This document shows positions 37,601 to 51,096 of a stretch of DNA of 64,000 nucleotides, one piece after another. The translations under genes were made by a program, and so were the position numbers. Position 1 is the stretch's first letter; each line of letters begins with the position of its first letter. A model generated the notes under the pieces. It searched no databases. It was not told the DNA's origin and worked only from the letters and a program-made list of their open reading frames with translations. Location: the NCBI RefSeq assembly GCF_018350175.1, contig NC_058374.1:48794001-48858000 (forward strand), read 5' to 3'. Source of the DNA: Felis catus (taxonomy: Eukaryota).

Positions 37601-38604
37601 ACGTAATATTGAAAGCCCGATTTATAAATAAGATACACTGAGGCTTAGATGGTAATTGCTCAAGGTCACTAACTAGACTAGAAAGTAGTGGGGCTGTGCC
37701 TCAAACCCAAGTTTGTCCACAGCCCATAGCCTGCCCCTTGACACACTAAAACCTATCCATGTCCACTGCATCATACCATCACCCCAAACTTGACTCAGAG
37801 TGATGGTTTACAGAGCACATGCCCGGTGCCCCGGTGACCCTGTGTGTTCACTCCAGAGCCAATGGTCCTGTGCAATGCCTGTAGAGCAATGATCTCACTC
37901 TCTTGTAACTGACTTAATTTCTGTTGCCCCAACTTAAGGAATAACAGGCATCTTTGAAAGAGGTCTTTCCACTGTTTCATTCCAGCATTTGGCCTAATGA
38001 GGAGCCCATAGTTGTGATTTAACAAATATTTATTAAATAAATGGATGAATGATTCTAGACTTGCCAAAGACATGCTCAGCTTTGCCTTGTGTGCCTATAT
38101 CTACCTGGGGGAATTTCCATCTGTTTCAGCTACCATCAGATCTCCATAAACAAACACATAGTTGTTGTTAAGTTGGTAACAGATATTTGTTGTTGACAAA
38201 GCCGATTAAGGGATGTGGAGAAATTACATCTTTGATTACCTACAGGAGCAATGGGAGATGTTCTTGAGTGGACATTTTTATAATAGTACATCGAACTGAG
38301 ATTATGTTGGCAGTATCATTTTTTGTTGCAAGTGGCATAAACCCAACTCACACTGGCATAACAAAAAGTATATTTATATAAAAAAAGTATATTTATAACT
38401 TTTAATATATAGCTGGGAAACGGAGTGTTGGAGCTGGCTGCAGACCCTGATGGACCCCAGAGCTGAGCAGTTGTGTTTAGGTTTCTCCCCATGTTCTCCT
38501 TCCTTTCTTTTTATTTCATTTCTCTGACCCTGACTTTGTTCTACAGAAAGGCTTTCCCCATTTGACCAAAGAGGAAAACCAGGATAGGAGGACCATAAGT
38601 TAAG

Positions 38605-38779
38605 GGGTTTTAGAGTACTCCCAGCAGGATCAGCATCACCCGTAAGCTGGTTGGAAATGCAACTTCTTGGGACCTATCCCAGACATTGACTAAGAAGCTC
38701 TGAGAGCAGGGACCAGTAATCTGTGTTTTAACAAGCTCTCAAGCTCTTGTGATACACACTGAAATTTGAGAACCACTGG
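38605..38779. mobile_element. MER5A-like hAT-Charlie MITE
   Basis: cagcaggatcagcatcacc...gaaatgcaa...tgtgttttaacaagctctc...tttgagaaccactg. Confidence 0.85.
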
Positions 38780-39489
38780 ATTAAAGGATGGGAACTGAGT
38801 CATGAAATACATGGGCATCACCCAGTGCTACCTTCCATGTACAGAAGTAGAGGAACACGGAGATGGCCCCGAAGGACAGATGTATGCCTGGAATTCATCT
38901 GATATACACATCACTCACTTGAGAAAAGCCTAATCAACCCACCTTAATTAGGTCTTTAGCTCTATTTGAAAGAGTTTTCAAAAAGAAAAGGATTTGGCGA
39001 AAGTGTAGTAACAGATGATATTTTGGTAAATCTCACCTTTAAGACTTATGGTAGCACCGGAGGAGAGTGGGGTCCATGCTTCATCCAAGAAAGGCATTCA
39101 GAGTCAAAACCCCAGAGTTCCAGGAGAACTCTGGGAACCCTGTAGCTTCCAATTTTATTTTCTGTTAACAAAAATTTTGGCACTATTCTTTTACTGTATG
39201 GTAATTAGTAATAAAATCGTTGGATGAGAGTGGGTTGTTTGCTAATTTGGGGAGATAGCACAAAGAGGAAAAGGTCAGAGAGAATTGTGATCCTCTCTGA
39301 AACAGGTCTTGGGGAAAGGACATCCCAGGCGATGAAAACAGAAGCCACAGCTCAGAGAAGGAGAGGAAAACTGCTTGAGTTCATTGTGCTTCTAAGAATA
39401 GAGGAGCCCCCAGGGACTACAGAGGATTCCCAGGGACCTCAGTTCCCTTAGAAGTAGTAACAAGTCACTTTGGAAGGCTGTATTCTGTG

Positions 39490-39945
39490 CAGCTCCCCCC
39501 CGCACCCCCGTTATCTACAGGGGATTGGTTCTAAGACCCCCCGTACATGCCTGAAACTGTGGATAGTACTGAACCTTCTATATATGATGGTTTTTTCCTA
39601 GACATGCACAACCACAATAAAGTCTCGTTTATAAATCAAGCACAGTAAGAAATGAACAACAATAACGAATAAGTAGAAAGTATAACAATACATTAATAAA
39701 AATTATACGAATGTGGGCCTTCTCGCTCACAAAATAGCTTACTGTACTGTACTTACCTTTCTTCTTCTTGTGATGCCAGGAAATGATACAGTGCCTACAT
39801 GATGACATGAAGTGAGGTGAGTGATACAGGCCTTGTGAGTAGCTTTAGGCTACTCTTGACCATCAGAAAGAGGATCATGTGCTTCCCAACTGTGATAGAC
39901 TGCAGGTAATTGAAACCTTGGAGAGCAAAATCACGGGTAAGGGTT
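39490..39945. mobile_element. Tigger7/MER44-like DNA transposon derivative
   Basis: ctaagacccccc..atgcctgaaactgtggatagtactgaacc start and gtaattgaaacc..gagagcaaaa..gggtaaggg end match the recalled MER44 architecture. Confidence 0.75.
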
Positions 39946-42448
39946 TCTTTTTAGACTATAATTGCTTTTATTCTTGTTTGGTCTTTTAATTTTTTTTCAA
40001 AGAGATTTTCCCTCCTTTCCAGGCTAATTAGAATTTTCCTGGCCAGGGTCGTCGTAGACAGAAGGTTGTCAGAATGCCTCTTCAGGACAGTAGAACCGAT
40101 GGTAGTTTGGAGTTCCTGAGCTAAAATTAAGGTAGCAAGAGCCAAGAAAGAGCTAATTAATAAATCGAAAAATATAATGACTCAAAATGGAATAATCCTA
40201 ATAATTATTCTAAATAAAACAATTCTAAATAATAAGAGGAATATATAATGGCAAACACCATTGATCTTTTATGGTGTGCTAGATCCTTCAGTTGTATTAA
40301 CTCAGTTAATGTTCCTAGCTACTGTCCATTTCAAAAATGCAAAAAAACAAAACAAAACAAAACCAACTGATACAACTTGTGCGACTCCGTTTTTTTTATA
40401 TAAACCCATCAAGTTCTGTCCTCAGAGCTTATGCAGCTTATCATGACATAATGCTACCTCTCGAGAGAAAGTGTATATTTCAGCAAGTGCGCAGAAATCT
40501 GCAAATATTTAATACTCCTTAGCATTGAGAAGGCCATTGCACATAGTTTCCTTAAGAGGCCCTCTGTATGAAGATAGGATCCAACCTGCCATCCTATCCT
40601 CACCGTGACACGTTATTACAGCTAAGACATCAGAGTGTACATTAACCTCTTCTTACGAAGCATTTCCATCAACTGACCCTATAGAGAAGTTAGTAGTGCT
40701 ATCCGTAATTTATATTCTTCTTTACAATTATTTGAACTCTTTGCTATGAAGGTTAAAGACTCTTTCCCATCTCAGCTATTTTTATGGGAAAATTAACTTG
40801 AAGTTAACTTAGGAAGAAACACATGAACCTGTGACTGAATAGGAGGCTGAGTAACTTACAACCTGACTTCTTGACAAAGTGACTAACATTCACTTGTTGG
40901 GTTTTATTGTAATTTGCCATAGTTCTCAAAGACTGCTCAGAATATTCAATTGTATTTTAATTTCACTGCTGGCTTAGCTGATGAATTCAGTTGTTCTTAT
41001 CTGAGCAGTAGTAGAGTCTAGCAAGATCTTACATCGTTCTAAAGGAATCAATTTATAAATTTTGTTTACTTCAAGATTCTAGCTGACACATAAATTTAGC
41101 AACTACAGAATTACAGATAGCATTACAAAAAAGCTATTAGCTCTTCTCATAGAAATAATATTTATACATGAAATATAATTACTGCCTGAAAGCGCACTGT
41201 TTCCAGAGCTAAAAGCAATAAAGCCAAAGCAATAAAGAATTTACTATTAGTTCTCCTGGGAGAAAGAGGCCACCAGCAGGATGGGAAAGAAGCTGTCGAA
41301 AGAGCTAGTCTTCTGCCCTCACTAGGAGATTCGTTAAAGTATTTTTCTCATTGGAATCCTTTGTTCACAGATGTTTTCCCAAACGATGCTCTCTCTTCTT
41401 TCCCCAGATAACTGGATTAAAAAAAATTAATGACTACAACCCCAAAAAGCTAGATAATATATAGACTTTGTCCTTGAAGTTTAAATTCAGTTCAGCAAAT
41501 ACTTATTGAGCAACTAGTTTATGCAAGATACATTTCTAGGTGTTTTGAGAGAAACCAAGGTGCATAAGGTATGATTCCTATCCTTAAGAGGCTTAAGGTT
41601 TAGAAGGGAGAGAAGCCATGAAATATTGCAGCTACTAATACTAGCTACTTCGTGCCAGGCATCGTTCTCGGGGCTTTAGACATATGAACTCATTTTATCC
41701 TCACAGTAATTTGGGAAGAGTATGTCATCCTTAGCTGATAGGTGGAGAAACAAAGGTAGAGTATTGTTATAACTTGTCCAGTATTACACAGAAAAAAGTG
41801 AGTGGAAACTTGGGATATTAGGAGACGACATGTGTGCCTTAAAGTCATACAGTAAATCAATGTCAGAGCCTGGGCTATAATTCACATGGAGTCCCCTGAC
41901 TCTTGGCACAAGGCTCTTTTTATTAAACTACGAAGTCTTTTTGTTTTTTCCTTAATAATGAATGGGGCTAGAAGGGATTTCCACACTCCATCCAAGACTC
42001 CTGCTTGCTTATTCTGAGAAAGCAATCAACTTTAACTCCAACTTTGTTTTTCCAAAGAGCCTGGACAAGTATTCACTAAGGGCTTTATGAAACCTTAAGC
42101 AAAGCACTCTTTGTATAAATACCATTTTGAAAGAGTTTTCTGGCTAGAATTAATATAAACGCACATTGACTGTTGACTTTAGGAAGACTTTCACGTGAAT
42201 ATCAATTTTTGAAGTTTATTTATTTTGAAAATTCACTCATTTATCTAAAAATGTGTGTTTTGGTTTAGCAAATTATAATCAAAGTTTGTTAGATATTTTT
42301 TTATTGGGGAAACTGGTTTTATTTACATAAAATAAGCATGCTAATTTTCCTAAATGATTTTCAGGACATAGGCAAGGCTGACTATCATCAACCTGGACCT
42401 TTAGACAAAAGCGAATGGCAGGTAGTCTCACTTTAATATCATATTTTT

Positions 42449-42649
42449 AAAAAATGTTTATTTATTTTTTTAGAGAGAGAGAAAGAGAGAGAGTGAATGG
42501 GGGAGGGGCAGAAAGATGAGGTCAGAGGATCTGAAATGCGTTCTGTGCTGACAGCAGCAAACATGATGTGGGGCTCAAACTCATGAACCGTGAGATCATG
42601 ACCTGAACCAACATTGGATCCTCAACCGACTGAACCACCCAGGTGCCCC
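42449..42649 (-). mobile_element. Can-SINE with 15-bp TSD
   Basis: TSD taatatcatattttt at 42434-42448 and 42652-42666. Confidence 0.95.
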
Positions 42650-42852
42650 AATAATATCATATTTTTGATCTGCTTTCTCTTCAGTTCAGTTCCTGGGTTG
42701 TCATATTTGTCCACCAACCACATGGGATGGCTCACTCCTATGCTTTGGCAGCCACTGAAGCTTCATTATTTTCTATTTCATTCTTTCAGATTCTATGCTT
42801 TTTCAAGTGGTTAGGAGATAACTGCATGGATAAATCAATTAGTGACAACGGG

Positions 42853-43290
42853 CATATTAGTTTCCCAAGGCTTCTATAACAAAGTGCTACAAAATGAGTG
42901 GCTTAAAACAGCAGAAATTTATTCTCTCACCATTTCCGAGGCTAGACGTCCAAAGTCAAGGTGTTGGCAGGGTTGTGCTCCCTCTGAAGGCTCTAGGGGA
43001 AGAAAACTTCCTTCTTTCTTTCGAGCTGCTGATGGCTTCTGCCAACCCTCAGTTTTCCTTGGCTTGTACCTGTATTAGTCTAGTCTCTGTCCCTTATGTC
43101 TCCTCTATGTCTCTGTGTCTGAAGCTCCACCTTTCTCTTATAAAGACACCAGTCACTGGATGGCTCACTCTAATCCAGTATGAGCTCATCTTAACTAATT
43201 ACTTCTCCTTACTGCCCTATTGCAAATAAGGGCACATTGTGAAGTTCCAGATGGATGTGAATTGTGGCAGACACTATTTACCCTGCACAA
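42853..43290 (-). mobile_element. MaLR MLT1-type LTR
   Basis: tattagtttccc..ggct.ctataacaaagtgc.acaaa.tgagtggcttaaaacagcagaaatttattctctcac is the antisense MLT1 end. Confidence 0.88.
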
Positions 43291-43342
43291 AGGGGTTTAA
43301 TAAGAGGAGGAAGGGGGAAAGGTCTACTCATCCAAACAAATA

Positions 43343-44089
43343 CAGTAAAACTTTGGTTTGTGAGCATAATTCGTTTCAGAAACATGCATGTAATCCAAAG
43401 CACTTGTATATCAAAGCGGATTTCTCCATTAGAAATAATGGAAACTCATGATTTGTTCCACAACCAAAAATTTTCATGTAAAAATGATTGCAGTACTATA
43501 ATACAAAATAATAAATAAAATACAAAATATAAAGAAAAATAAACAAATTAACCTGCACTTACCTTTGAAAATCTTCGTGGTTGGTGTGAGGGAGGTAAGA
43601 GAGGAGAGGATTATTGTGTAGGATGATTTCCACTATCACTAATGGAATCACTGCTGTCTATTGGTTCAATGGAATCTTTTTCTTTTTGTACAACTTTAAC
43701 CAGGAAGCTATCCAATGACCGAGCATGAAGCAAAGCATTCCTAAGCTGACCCTTGTATGAAAAAGCAAAGGAGTAGCCAAAGGTCCTTTGAAGTGACCAA
43801 AAAAAAAAAAAATACACTAGTGCCAGTTGTGGGCACTTTCCAACGTTCTGAAAAATCACTGATTTCTACCAAACATCACGGCCTGAGACCAAGTATCCAA
43901 GCACCCACAATCCCACAGCAAGAGAGAGAGAAGACCCATTGGCTCAGTTGTGCTCATGTGACATTTGACATCAGGTGCTATTCATATTGCAAGACATAAC
44001 TCACTTATCAATTTAAAATTTATTAGAAATGTTTGTTCATCTTTCAGAACACTCACAGAATAAGTTACTTGCAATCCAAGGTTTTACTG
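43343..44089. mobile_element. Complete non-autonomous TcMar-Tigger MITE (747 bp)
   Basis: TA TSD at 43341-43342 and 44090-44091; terminal inverted repeats CAGTAAAACTTTGG and CCAAGGTTTTACTG (13/14 complementary). Confidence 0.9.
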
Positions 44090-44529
44090 TATTGGTTTAT
44101 TTTGAGAGGAATTGTAAGGTTTCATCTGTTCAGAAATTGCCTACAATTTTGTCACGGGTTTAGTTTCCCTTTATGGCTGATTAGAAATGTCCATTGACCC
44201 CCTTGGGTCAGACATCATCTCAAAAAGTCATGGTCACAAGTGCCCGTGTTACTCAGGAGAAGAGGGAGGGTCATATTTGGTCATATTAATTCATCCACTT
44301 CACTAATTATCTTCCAAAGAGCAACAGAATTAGGTATGTCTTGAAAAGAAATGATTCTTAAAAAGAAAGAAAGCAAGAAAGCCACTTGAGCATGGTGTCT
44401 TTAGTGTTAGGCTAAACATTTAATTCTCAGTACTGCCATGTACTAGGTTCCTAATCATGGGCAACTCTCTTGGACAATTAAAATTACATCCAGGGTTTGT
44501 TATTATTAGGATTAAAGAAACACATGGTA

Positions 44530-45135
44530 GGGGCCCCTGGCTGGCTCAGTCAGAAAAGCACACAACCCCTGGGGTGCCTGGGTAGCTCAGTTGGTTAAGC
44601 ATCCGACCGACATGTTCTCGTGGTTTATGAGTTCGAGCCCCACATTGGACTTCGTGCTAACAGCTCAGAGCCTGGAGCCTGTTTTGGATTCTGTGTCTCC
44701 CTCTCTCTCTGTTCCTCTCCTGCTTGCACTCTGTCTCTCTCTCGCTCTCAAAAATAAACATTTAAAAAAAAAAAAAGAAGAGCACACGACCTTTGATCTT
44801 GGGGTCGTGAGTTTGAGCCTACACATTGGGTATTGGGGATTACCGAAAAACAAAACAAAAACAAAGAAAACAAACAAACAAACAAACCCCAAAACTTACA
44901 AAAGAAAGAGACAGAGGCGCCTGGGTGGCTCAGTTGTTTAAACGTCCTACTTCGGTTCAGGTCATGATCTCGTGGTTCATGGTTTGAGCCCCATGTCGGA
45001 CATGTCAGCTGTGCTGACAGCTCAGAGCCTGGATTCTGCTTCAGATTCTGTGTCTCCCTCTCTCTTTGCACCTCCCCTGCTCACACTTTGTTTCTCTCTC
45101 TAAAAAATGGATAAACATTAAAAAAAATTTTAAAT
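44530..45135 (+). mobile_element. Nested triple Can-SINE: short SINE (44530 to ~44900) split by SINE 44571-44775, followed by SINE 44914-45135
   Basis: Three heads; the inner insertion is flanked by a degenerate 18-bp TSD gaaaagcacacaacccct/gaagagcacacgaccttt. Confidence 0.88.
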
Positions 45136-45563
45136 AGACAGTAGCTATTAAAAATAATAGCCAATATGTTTCCTACAATTTAAAAAATAACAAAAATATC
45201 AAAAGGGAATGGGGTTGCTATGTAAGAAGATGACATCTAAAATGTATTTTACCTTTTTATTTTATTTTTTGATGAAGTTAGTCTCCTATATTCCACACCG
45301 AAGTAGGGGACAGTAGGCTACCTTAGAATGCTGAAACAAAAGATTTACTACTTACTGGGGTAGTGAAACCACCAAATTCCTCATCCTTTGTAAGCTGTGG
45401 TTCAGTTTACCCACAACTCATGTTTGACAGAGTGCCCGTGTTGGGCCTGCTAACTGCAGGAGCCCAAACACAACCCTTCCCCAACACGGCACAAATTCCA
45501 TCTTTCCTGCAATAATTTTTTGTGTGTATGTAGGGTAACTCTAAAGACTAAAAGGAAGTGAGA

Positions 45564-45760
45564 AGGGGCACCTGAGTGGCTCAGTTGGTTGAACCATTTT
45601 GGCTCAGGTCAGGATATCACAGTTGCCATATTGAGCCCTGTGTTGGGTTCAGCACTGAGGCGGAGCCTGCTTAAAATTCTCTCCCTCCCTCTCCCTCTGC
45701 TTCTCCTCCCCTGCTCATCTGCATGCACTCTCTCTCAAAAAAACTTTTTTTTTTAAATAA
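45564..45760 (+). mobile_element. Can-SINE with 17-bp TSD
   Basis: TSD taaaaggaagtgagaag at 45549-45565 and 45761-45777. Confidence 0.93.
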
Positions 45761-48317
45761 TAAAAGGAAGTGAGAAGACACCACTTACAACGAGCAGGTA
45801 ATGTGGATAGTTGGTGTATTTCTAAGAATGCAGGCAGCTCTTCGAGACAGGATTCTGACTGCGTATATGAACCTCGGGTTTTTTTTTTGTTTATTTTACA
45901 CCAACTGGTAGACCAATCTGTTGCTCATTGCTTCTCGGTTACTCCCATCAGTCCCTAGTTTGCAAAAGACAGTGCCTACGTGATCACTGGGCTTGTCATG
46001 GCTTAGGCCTGGGGCTGGCTTAGTCTGCAAAATCTATTAATGTGGTGATACTTCTCATAAGTAGTCATTGAACACCCAGGTTTGGTCTCTGTATTTCGGT
46101 CTCAGGGTCTTTGGTGGATTTCTTGCCCTTCCTGATCCCCTCTGCCCGTTCCCACCAACACCACTACCTATCTGGCCCCACAGACCCCAGTGTTGTTGTC
46201 TGTGGTACAGTTCTGGAAGAGCTAGCTGTCTTTTTAACAAACGCTCACTAGGGAGCAGCACACTGAAAGGTTTAAAGCCATATATACTTTTCACTGGGTG
46301 GATTCATTTAACTTTCTAAACAGTAATTTCTTATAAAGGTACAATGTATATTTTCACATGAAATTCTTATTTGAGTATTTTTCTTGGACTTTTGGGACAA
46401 AAACAGTCAGATAATGATACTTTCCTGACACTCACTGGTTATAGAAATTTAACTAGGCTCTGTGGGAAGGCAAAATAATATGGTGCTTGCTTCAGGGAGG
46501 TCAAAACACATCCTATTTTTCTCATCCTAAATGACCCCCCATTCTTCTACTGTGAGGGGAAAAAAATCAAGGAAAATGTTCTATCACACAGTTCATTCCA
46601 TTTCCTTCATTCTGTCCTTCTTTGAAATGTCTATCACAGCCAACAGCAAAAGATTTTCTAAGCAAAACAAAAATTTATCCTTGCCAAAGGAAAAATAAGG
46701 GTCAACCGCTGGAAGAGGCTCCAATAGTGAACTGAAACTAATGCAGCCCCAAATCCCTCTTTTCTTAGCATGATCCTTGTACTTTGAATCTTGAAATGGA
46801 AGAACAAGGGGAAATCGTGCTATGTTCTATGTACTACATAGGCCAATGTCACAGATAGGATCTTATTTAAGAAAAAGAACTTCTATCCCCCTTAAATACA
46901 CCAAAGTAATTTCCTACTTTCTCTCTCTTTCTTATAATCACAAACACCCCTCCCTGCTCCCCACCCCCACACCCTTATGTAGTTGTTTCTCAAAATTGAT
47001 TGTGGAAAGGAGAAACTTTAGTAGCTAGTTCAAGCCCATTTATCTCAGTAGATAAACTAACCTGTAACTAGTGGGTTACCATCAATTGGGATGCAAGTTC
47101 AAAATAAATGCAGTTTTCCATGCTTGGTGGCAGCTAGAACTTACATCCTCATTTAGTTCCAGTCCTATAGTACACACGGAAGGAAAGGAAGCAATGTAAG
47201 TACATATAGTGTTCTGGTAACATAAAGAAGCAGTAAGATAAAAATTGAGCGTGTCTGCAGCTGAAGCTGGAAAGTGGTTAAGCACATAGCATAGAAAAAT
47301 GTCAAGTATAAAACTGGGATCCAGAAAGTAGATAATAAAGAGTGGCCCCTGGATTTAGCTAAATGGGAAGGGAGAAATTCTTGGGATTGAGATAATTAGA
47401 CTTGGAAAGTAAAATGTTTAAGGAAAATGCTCTTTCCTGAAAACTGTGTTAGAATTAAGTGATGATCATTCATTCAAATATTGTAAATATGTGTCATGAA
47501 CATGAAAGTGGAGGCATAGCGGGGTCAAGAGACATCTTTGTCTTTGAGCTAGTTCCACATGGGGCTCAAGAGGAGGTACCAAGAACAGAATTGATGTCAG
47601 AGAAGGAAGAAAGGAAGGTGTAGCTGAGAGCAAATTGTTCTTTGTCCAGGAGATGGAATGGAATTTTGTACTGTCGGTTAGACATGTACATGGCATAGGT
47701 CCCAGAATGAATTTTTTAAAGATGTCTTATTGTACAGAATGAATGGAAATTACATGACCACCTGCTCTGACAGATCCAGTAAGGCAGACTGAAGATCTCA
47801 CACTCAAGTTCTCATGTCTGCAATGTGTTCCTCAACACGGGATACTACATTTAATGTATCTTTTGTCTTTTGATCCTCAAGGCTGTTGCCCATCACATAT
47901 CCATCTTATGTGGTTACTGGCGACTCATTTGCCAAGAGGTCACCTTCGGAAGCTGGAGACCCACTGTGGGGCAGCCTCATAACAAACCTTCGGTGTCTCT
48001 GAAAGAGAGAATTTTGGAGTCATTGGTTTTTCTCCTTTCCCCTTGTGGCAAGTTTCTGCTGTGTTGCCATGGAGCAATGCTGCAAACTGAATGTGGCTTT
48101 ATGGTGTCCAGAGTTATCAGTTAACCCAATCCAAGTAGGTTATTTATCCCATGACATGACTGAAAACACCACCATACCCTTCCACTACCCCATCTCCTCT
48201 GCTGAAACCTATTATTTTCTCCAACCACGTGGTGATCAAAAGACCTGACATTGGCTCCTCCTTTGGGTAAATGCTTGTAATAGATATTGTTGTATGGGAT
48301 GGGTTATTGCTCTAAGC

Positions 48318-48515
48318 CAAGACTTTTCAACCTTGACATTTGGGGGCACTATTAGCATTTGGCTAGGTAATTCTTTGTCTTGGGGGCTGCCCTGTGTATT
48401 GTAGGATATTTAGCAGCACTTGATCTCTACCTGTTAGATGCCAGGAGCACAAAAATAGCTCCAGACACTTCTAAAGTTCTCCCGTGGGGCAAAATCACCT
48501 GGTTGAGAACCACTG
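48318..48515 (+). mobile_element. MER20 hAT-Charlie MITE
   Basis: taattctttgt.ttgggggctgccctgtgtattgtaggatatttagcagca...ggttgagaaccactg. Confidence 0.88.
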
Positions 48516-48524
48516 CACTGAACT

Positions 48525-48723
48525 ATTTTTTTTTTAATGTTTATTTATTTCTGAGCGGCGGAGGGGCAGAGAGAGAGAGGGAGACAGAGGGTGTCCATTC
48601 CCCACTGACAGCAGGTTCCCCACTGACAGCACAGAACTGATGCTGGGCTCGAACTCACGAACTGTGAGATCTTGACCTGAGCCAAAGTTGGACACTTAAC
48701 CGACTGAGCCACCCAGGCACCCC
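48525..48723 (-). mobile_element. Can-SINE inserted at the MER20 end
   Basis: TSD actgcactgaact/actgtactgaact; internal duplication of ttccccactgacagca. Confidence 0.9.
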
Positions 48724-50744
48724 AACTGTACTGAACTGTTTATGTCCTGTCAGTTCCATGTGACTTGGCTCCAAGAATCTAAGAGAGCATTGACAGAATG
48801 AGAGGTTTCTGGAGCTGAGGAAAACCAGAAGTTCAGGAAGCTGTAGGAAGTGGCTACAAAGGGTAAATGTGAGCTGGTTATTGTGACACAGAGGTCACTT
48901 CCAGAGAACCTCAGAAGACCGGATGAGGGGGAGGCAGGGATGAGGGGGAGACAGAAAGCTGAAAGGAAGATGAAATATTGAGAACAATGTGGCTTTCCCT
49001 TTAGTGCTTACACAGATAACCAGCAGATGAAAACCACAATGGAGAGTCAGAAAACCTAAGATCCCACTTTGCTCCCCTCTTGGTCTTTAAATCATGACTT
49101 TATGCTTAGTTTTCTTATCTATGAAATGGGGCTCTGTTTCCAGACCCGATTATCTCAGGTTGTGGTGTTAAGGTAATACATGAGACCATATCTTGTGATT
49201 GTGTTCTCCATAAGAGCGTCACGAATTACTATTTTTGTATGGCCGTGCCTCTCATGTAAGTCAGAGGCTGCGGGCATGTAACTCAAAACTACGGAGGACC
49301 TGGAGGCAGAGAGAGTCAAATTCATCCTCGGGGAGAATCATGTAGTTTAATTAAAATGCAGGCCATCCTTCATCACCTAACCCCGGGGCTCAACAGCAGT
49401 TATAAGGCATCCAAGAGTGAACAGTTATATCTGGGTAGACGGGAGAGTAAAATTCAAGTCTTAGCATCTTCCATCTAAAGGAATTTCTGAGAATCTCAAT
49501 GTGCAGGTATAGGTCTTCCCAAAAAGGAAATCTTATTAAATCTCAGTAATAAGATCACGATATGTCTATAAGCTGCTTGTGTTCCATGGTGGAAAGAATA
49601 CTTGCCTGGCAAAAACTTTTAGATATTTTCAGTAACTCCCTACACAGAACAATCATGGATTTCCCCTCCCCCTCCTCCCCTTCCCCCTTATATCCTGTAT
49701 GGAGGGCCGATAAATCTTTCTTAAAGCATATATATTTTTTCAGGACTGGAATTGGCTGGTAGACAACAGGGGAACAAGTGAAACACCGGTCTGAAAACCT
49801 AAGGCAACAAGACCTTTTGGAGCTTCCTAAAAGGTTATGATGAGGATCAGCTCAAGTTTTAAGGCAAGATTTAGTGCTTATTTGCTCAACCCTAGTCAAA
49901 ATAACTAAACATGTTTGCCTCAGCAGTCTAGCCTTTAGCACCAGGCCAAGAGGAAAAACGACATCGACTAAGATGCACCCAGTTCTTCCGGGGATATACC
50001 ACATGTGGCAGAATTCAGAAGCGTAGATATACGTACAGTGACTGGGTTAGCCCCACCTCCTCTTTATGTAGAAACTTAGACATCATTTCAGAGTTTCATT
50101 TTCATTTGCAAATTTTCTGTAGACCAAGCTACACATAAAGACATGTGGAAATGTGTTTCAGGCTTTCTATAAGTGAAATGCTGCTGGAGATCACAGTCGT
50201 ACTAAGTTGGAAGCTGAGAGCTTAATTATAGTAAAATCTAGTAGCGTAGGAGGTAGCAGCTGAGATGCCAGACTGCCTTTCCTTTGTCTTTGGCTTTTAG
50301 GGATGGTTTCTAACCCTCTTCTTTTATATGACTCTCCCTTTACATTTTCCCAAACCAGACAGCTTACCCTAAGGGCACATCGTTACTGCAGCCATCTTCA
50401 AGGGGGTGATTAATAAGTAACTACGGTTTAATGATACAAGGAATAGAAGGGCTAGTAGCCAGAAAGACAAAGGTGACTTGAAGAATGTTAGGAGGTTTTA
50501 AGAAAAACAAGTGCTCTAAACTGGCATTCTATACTTCCTCTACGTCTGTCAAATTCTAGGATTCAATAAATGCATCCTCAGAACAGTACAGAGATAGAGC
50601 GTTGTAGCTTTTAATGATGAGGTTTTTTGAAAAAACACAGTAGTTTTTTGAAAAAATGCAGTAGTGCTCTCAAAATTAGCAGTTCCCTGTCATGGAATGA
50701 TTTCTAATAAGAAGAATGATCTCTTCCATGTTAAGGATAGCCAA

Positions 50745-50978
50745 GGGGCGCCTGGGTGGCGCAGTCGGTTAAGCGTCCGACTTCAGCCAGGTCACGATCT
50801 CGCGGTCCGTGAGTTCGAGCCCCGCGTCAGGCTCTGGGCTGATGGCTCAGAGCCTGGAGCCTGTTTCCGATTCTGTGTCTCCCTCTCTCTCTGCCCCTCC
50901 CCCGTTCATGCTCTGTCTCTCTCTGTCCCAAAAATAAATAAACGTTGGAAAAAAAAAATTAAAAAAAAAAAAAAAAAA
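50745..50978 (+). mobile_element. Very young SINEC_Fc-type SINE
   Basis: Near-consensus and CpG-intact, long A-tail, TSD aaggatagcca at 50733-50743 and 50979-50989. Confidence 0.97.
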
Positions 50979-51096
50979 AAGGATAGCCACAAAATGGATG
51001 GAAAAATTCTCATGATTCCTACCTAACTGGAAATTGTGTGACTTGCATGTGTTGTTGGACTCTTAGAACTTTTACAAGAAAAACACTGAAACCATG

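Noticed and set aside
38363-38398. Tandem duplication aaaaagtatatttata x2, and similar small duplications near 56255 and 48590
   Set aside because: Ordinary slippage duplications inside decayed repeats.
46484-46500. gtgcttgcttc resembling the U6 snRNA 5' end
   Set aside because: Similarity stops after about 11 nt, with no U6 body or A-tail.
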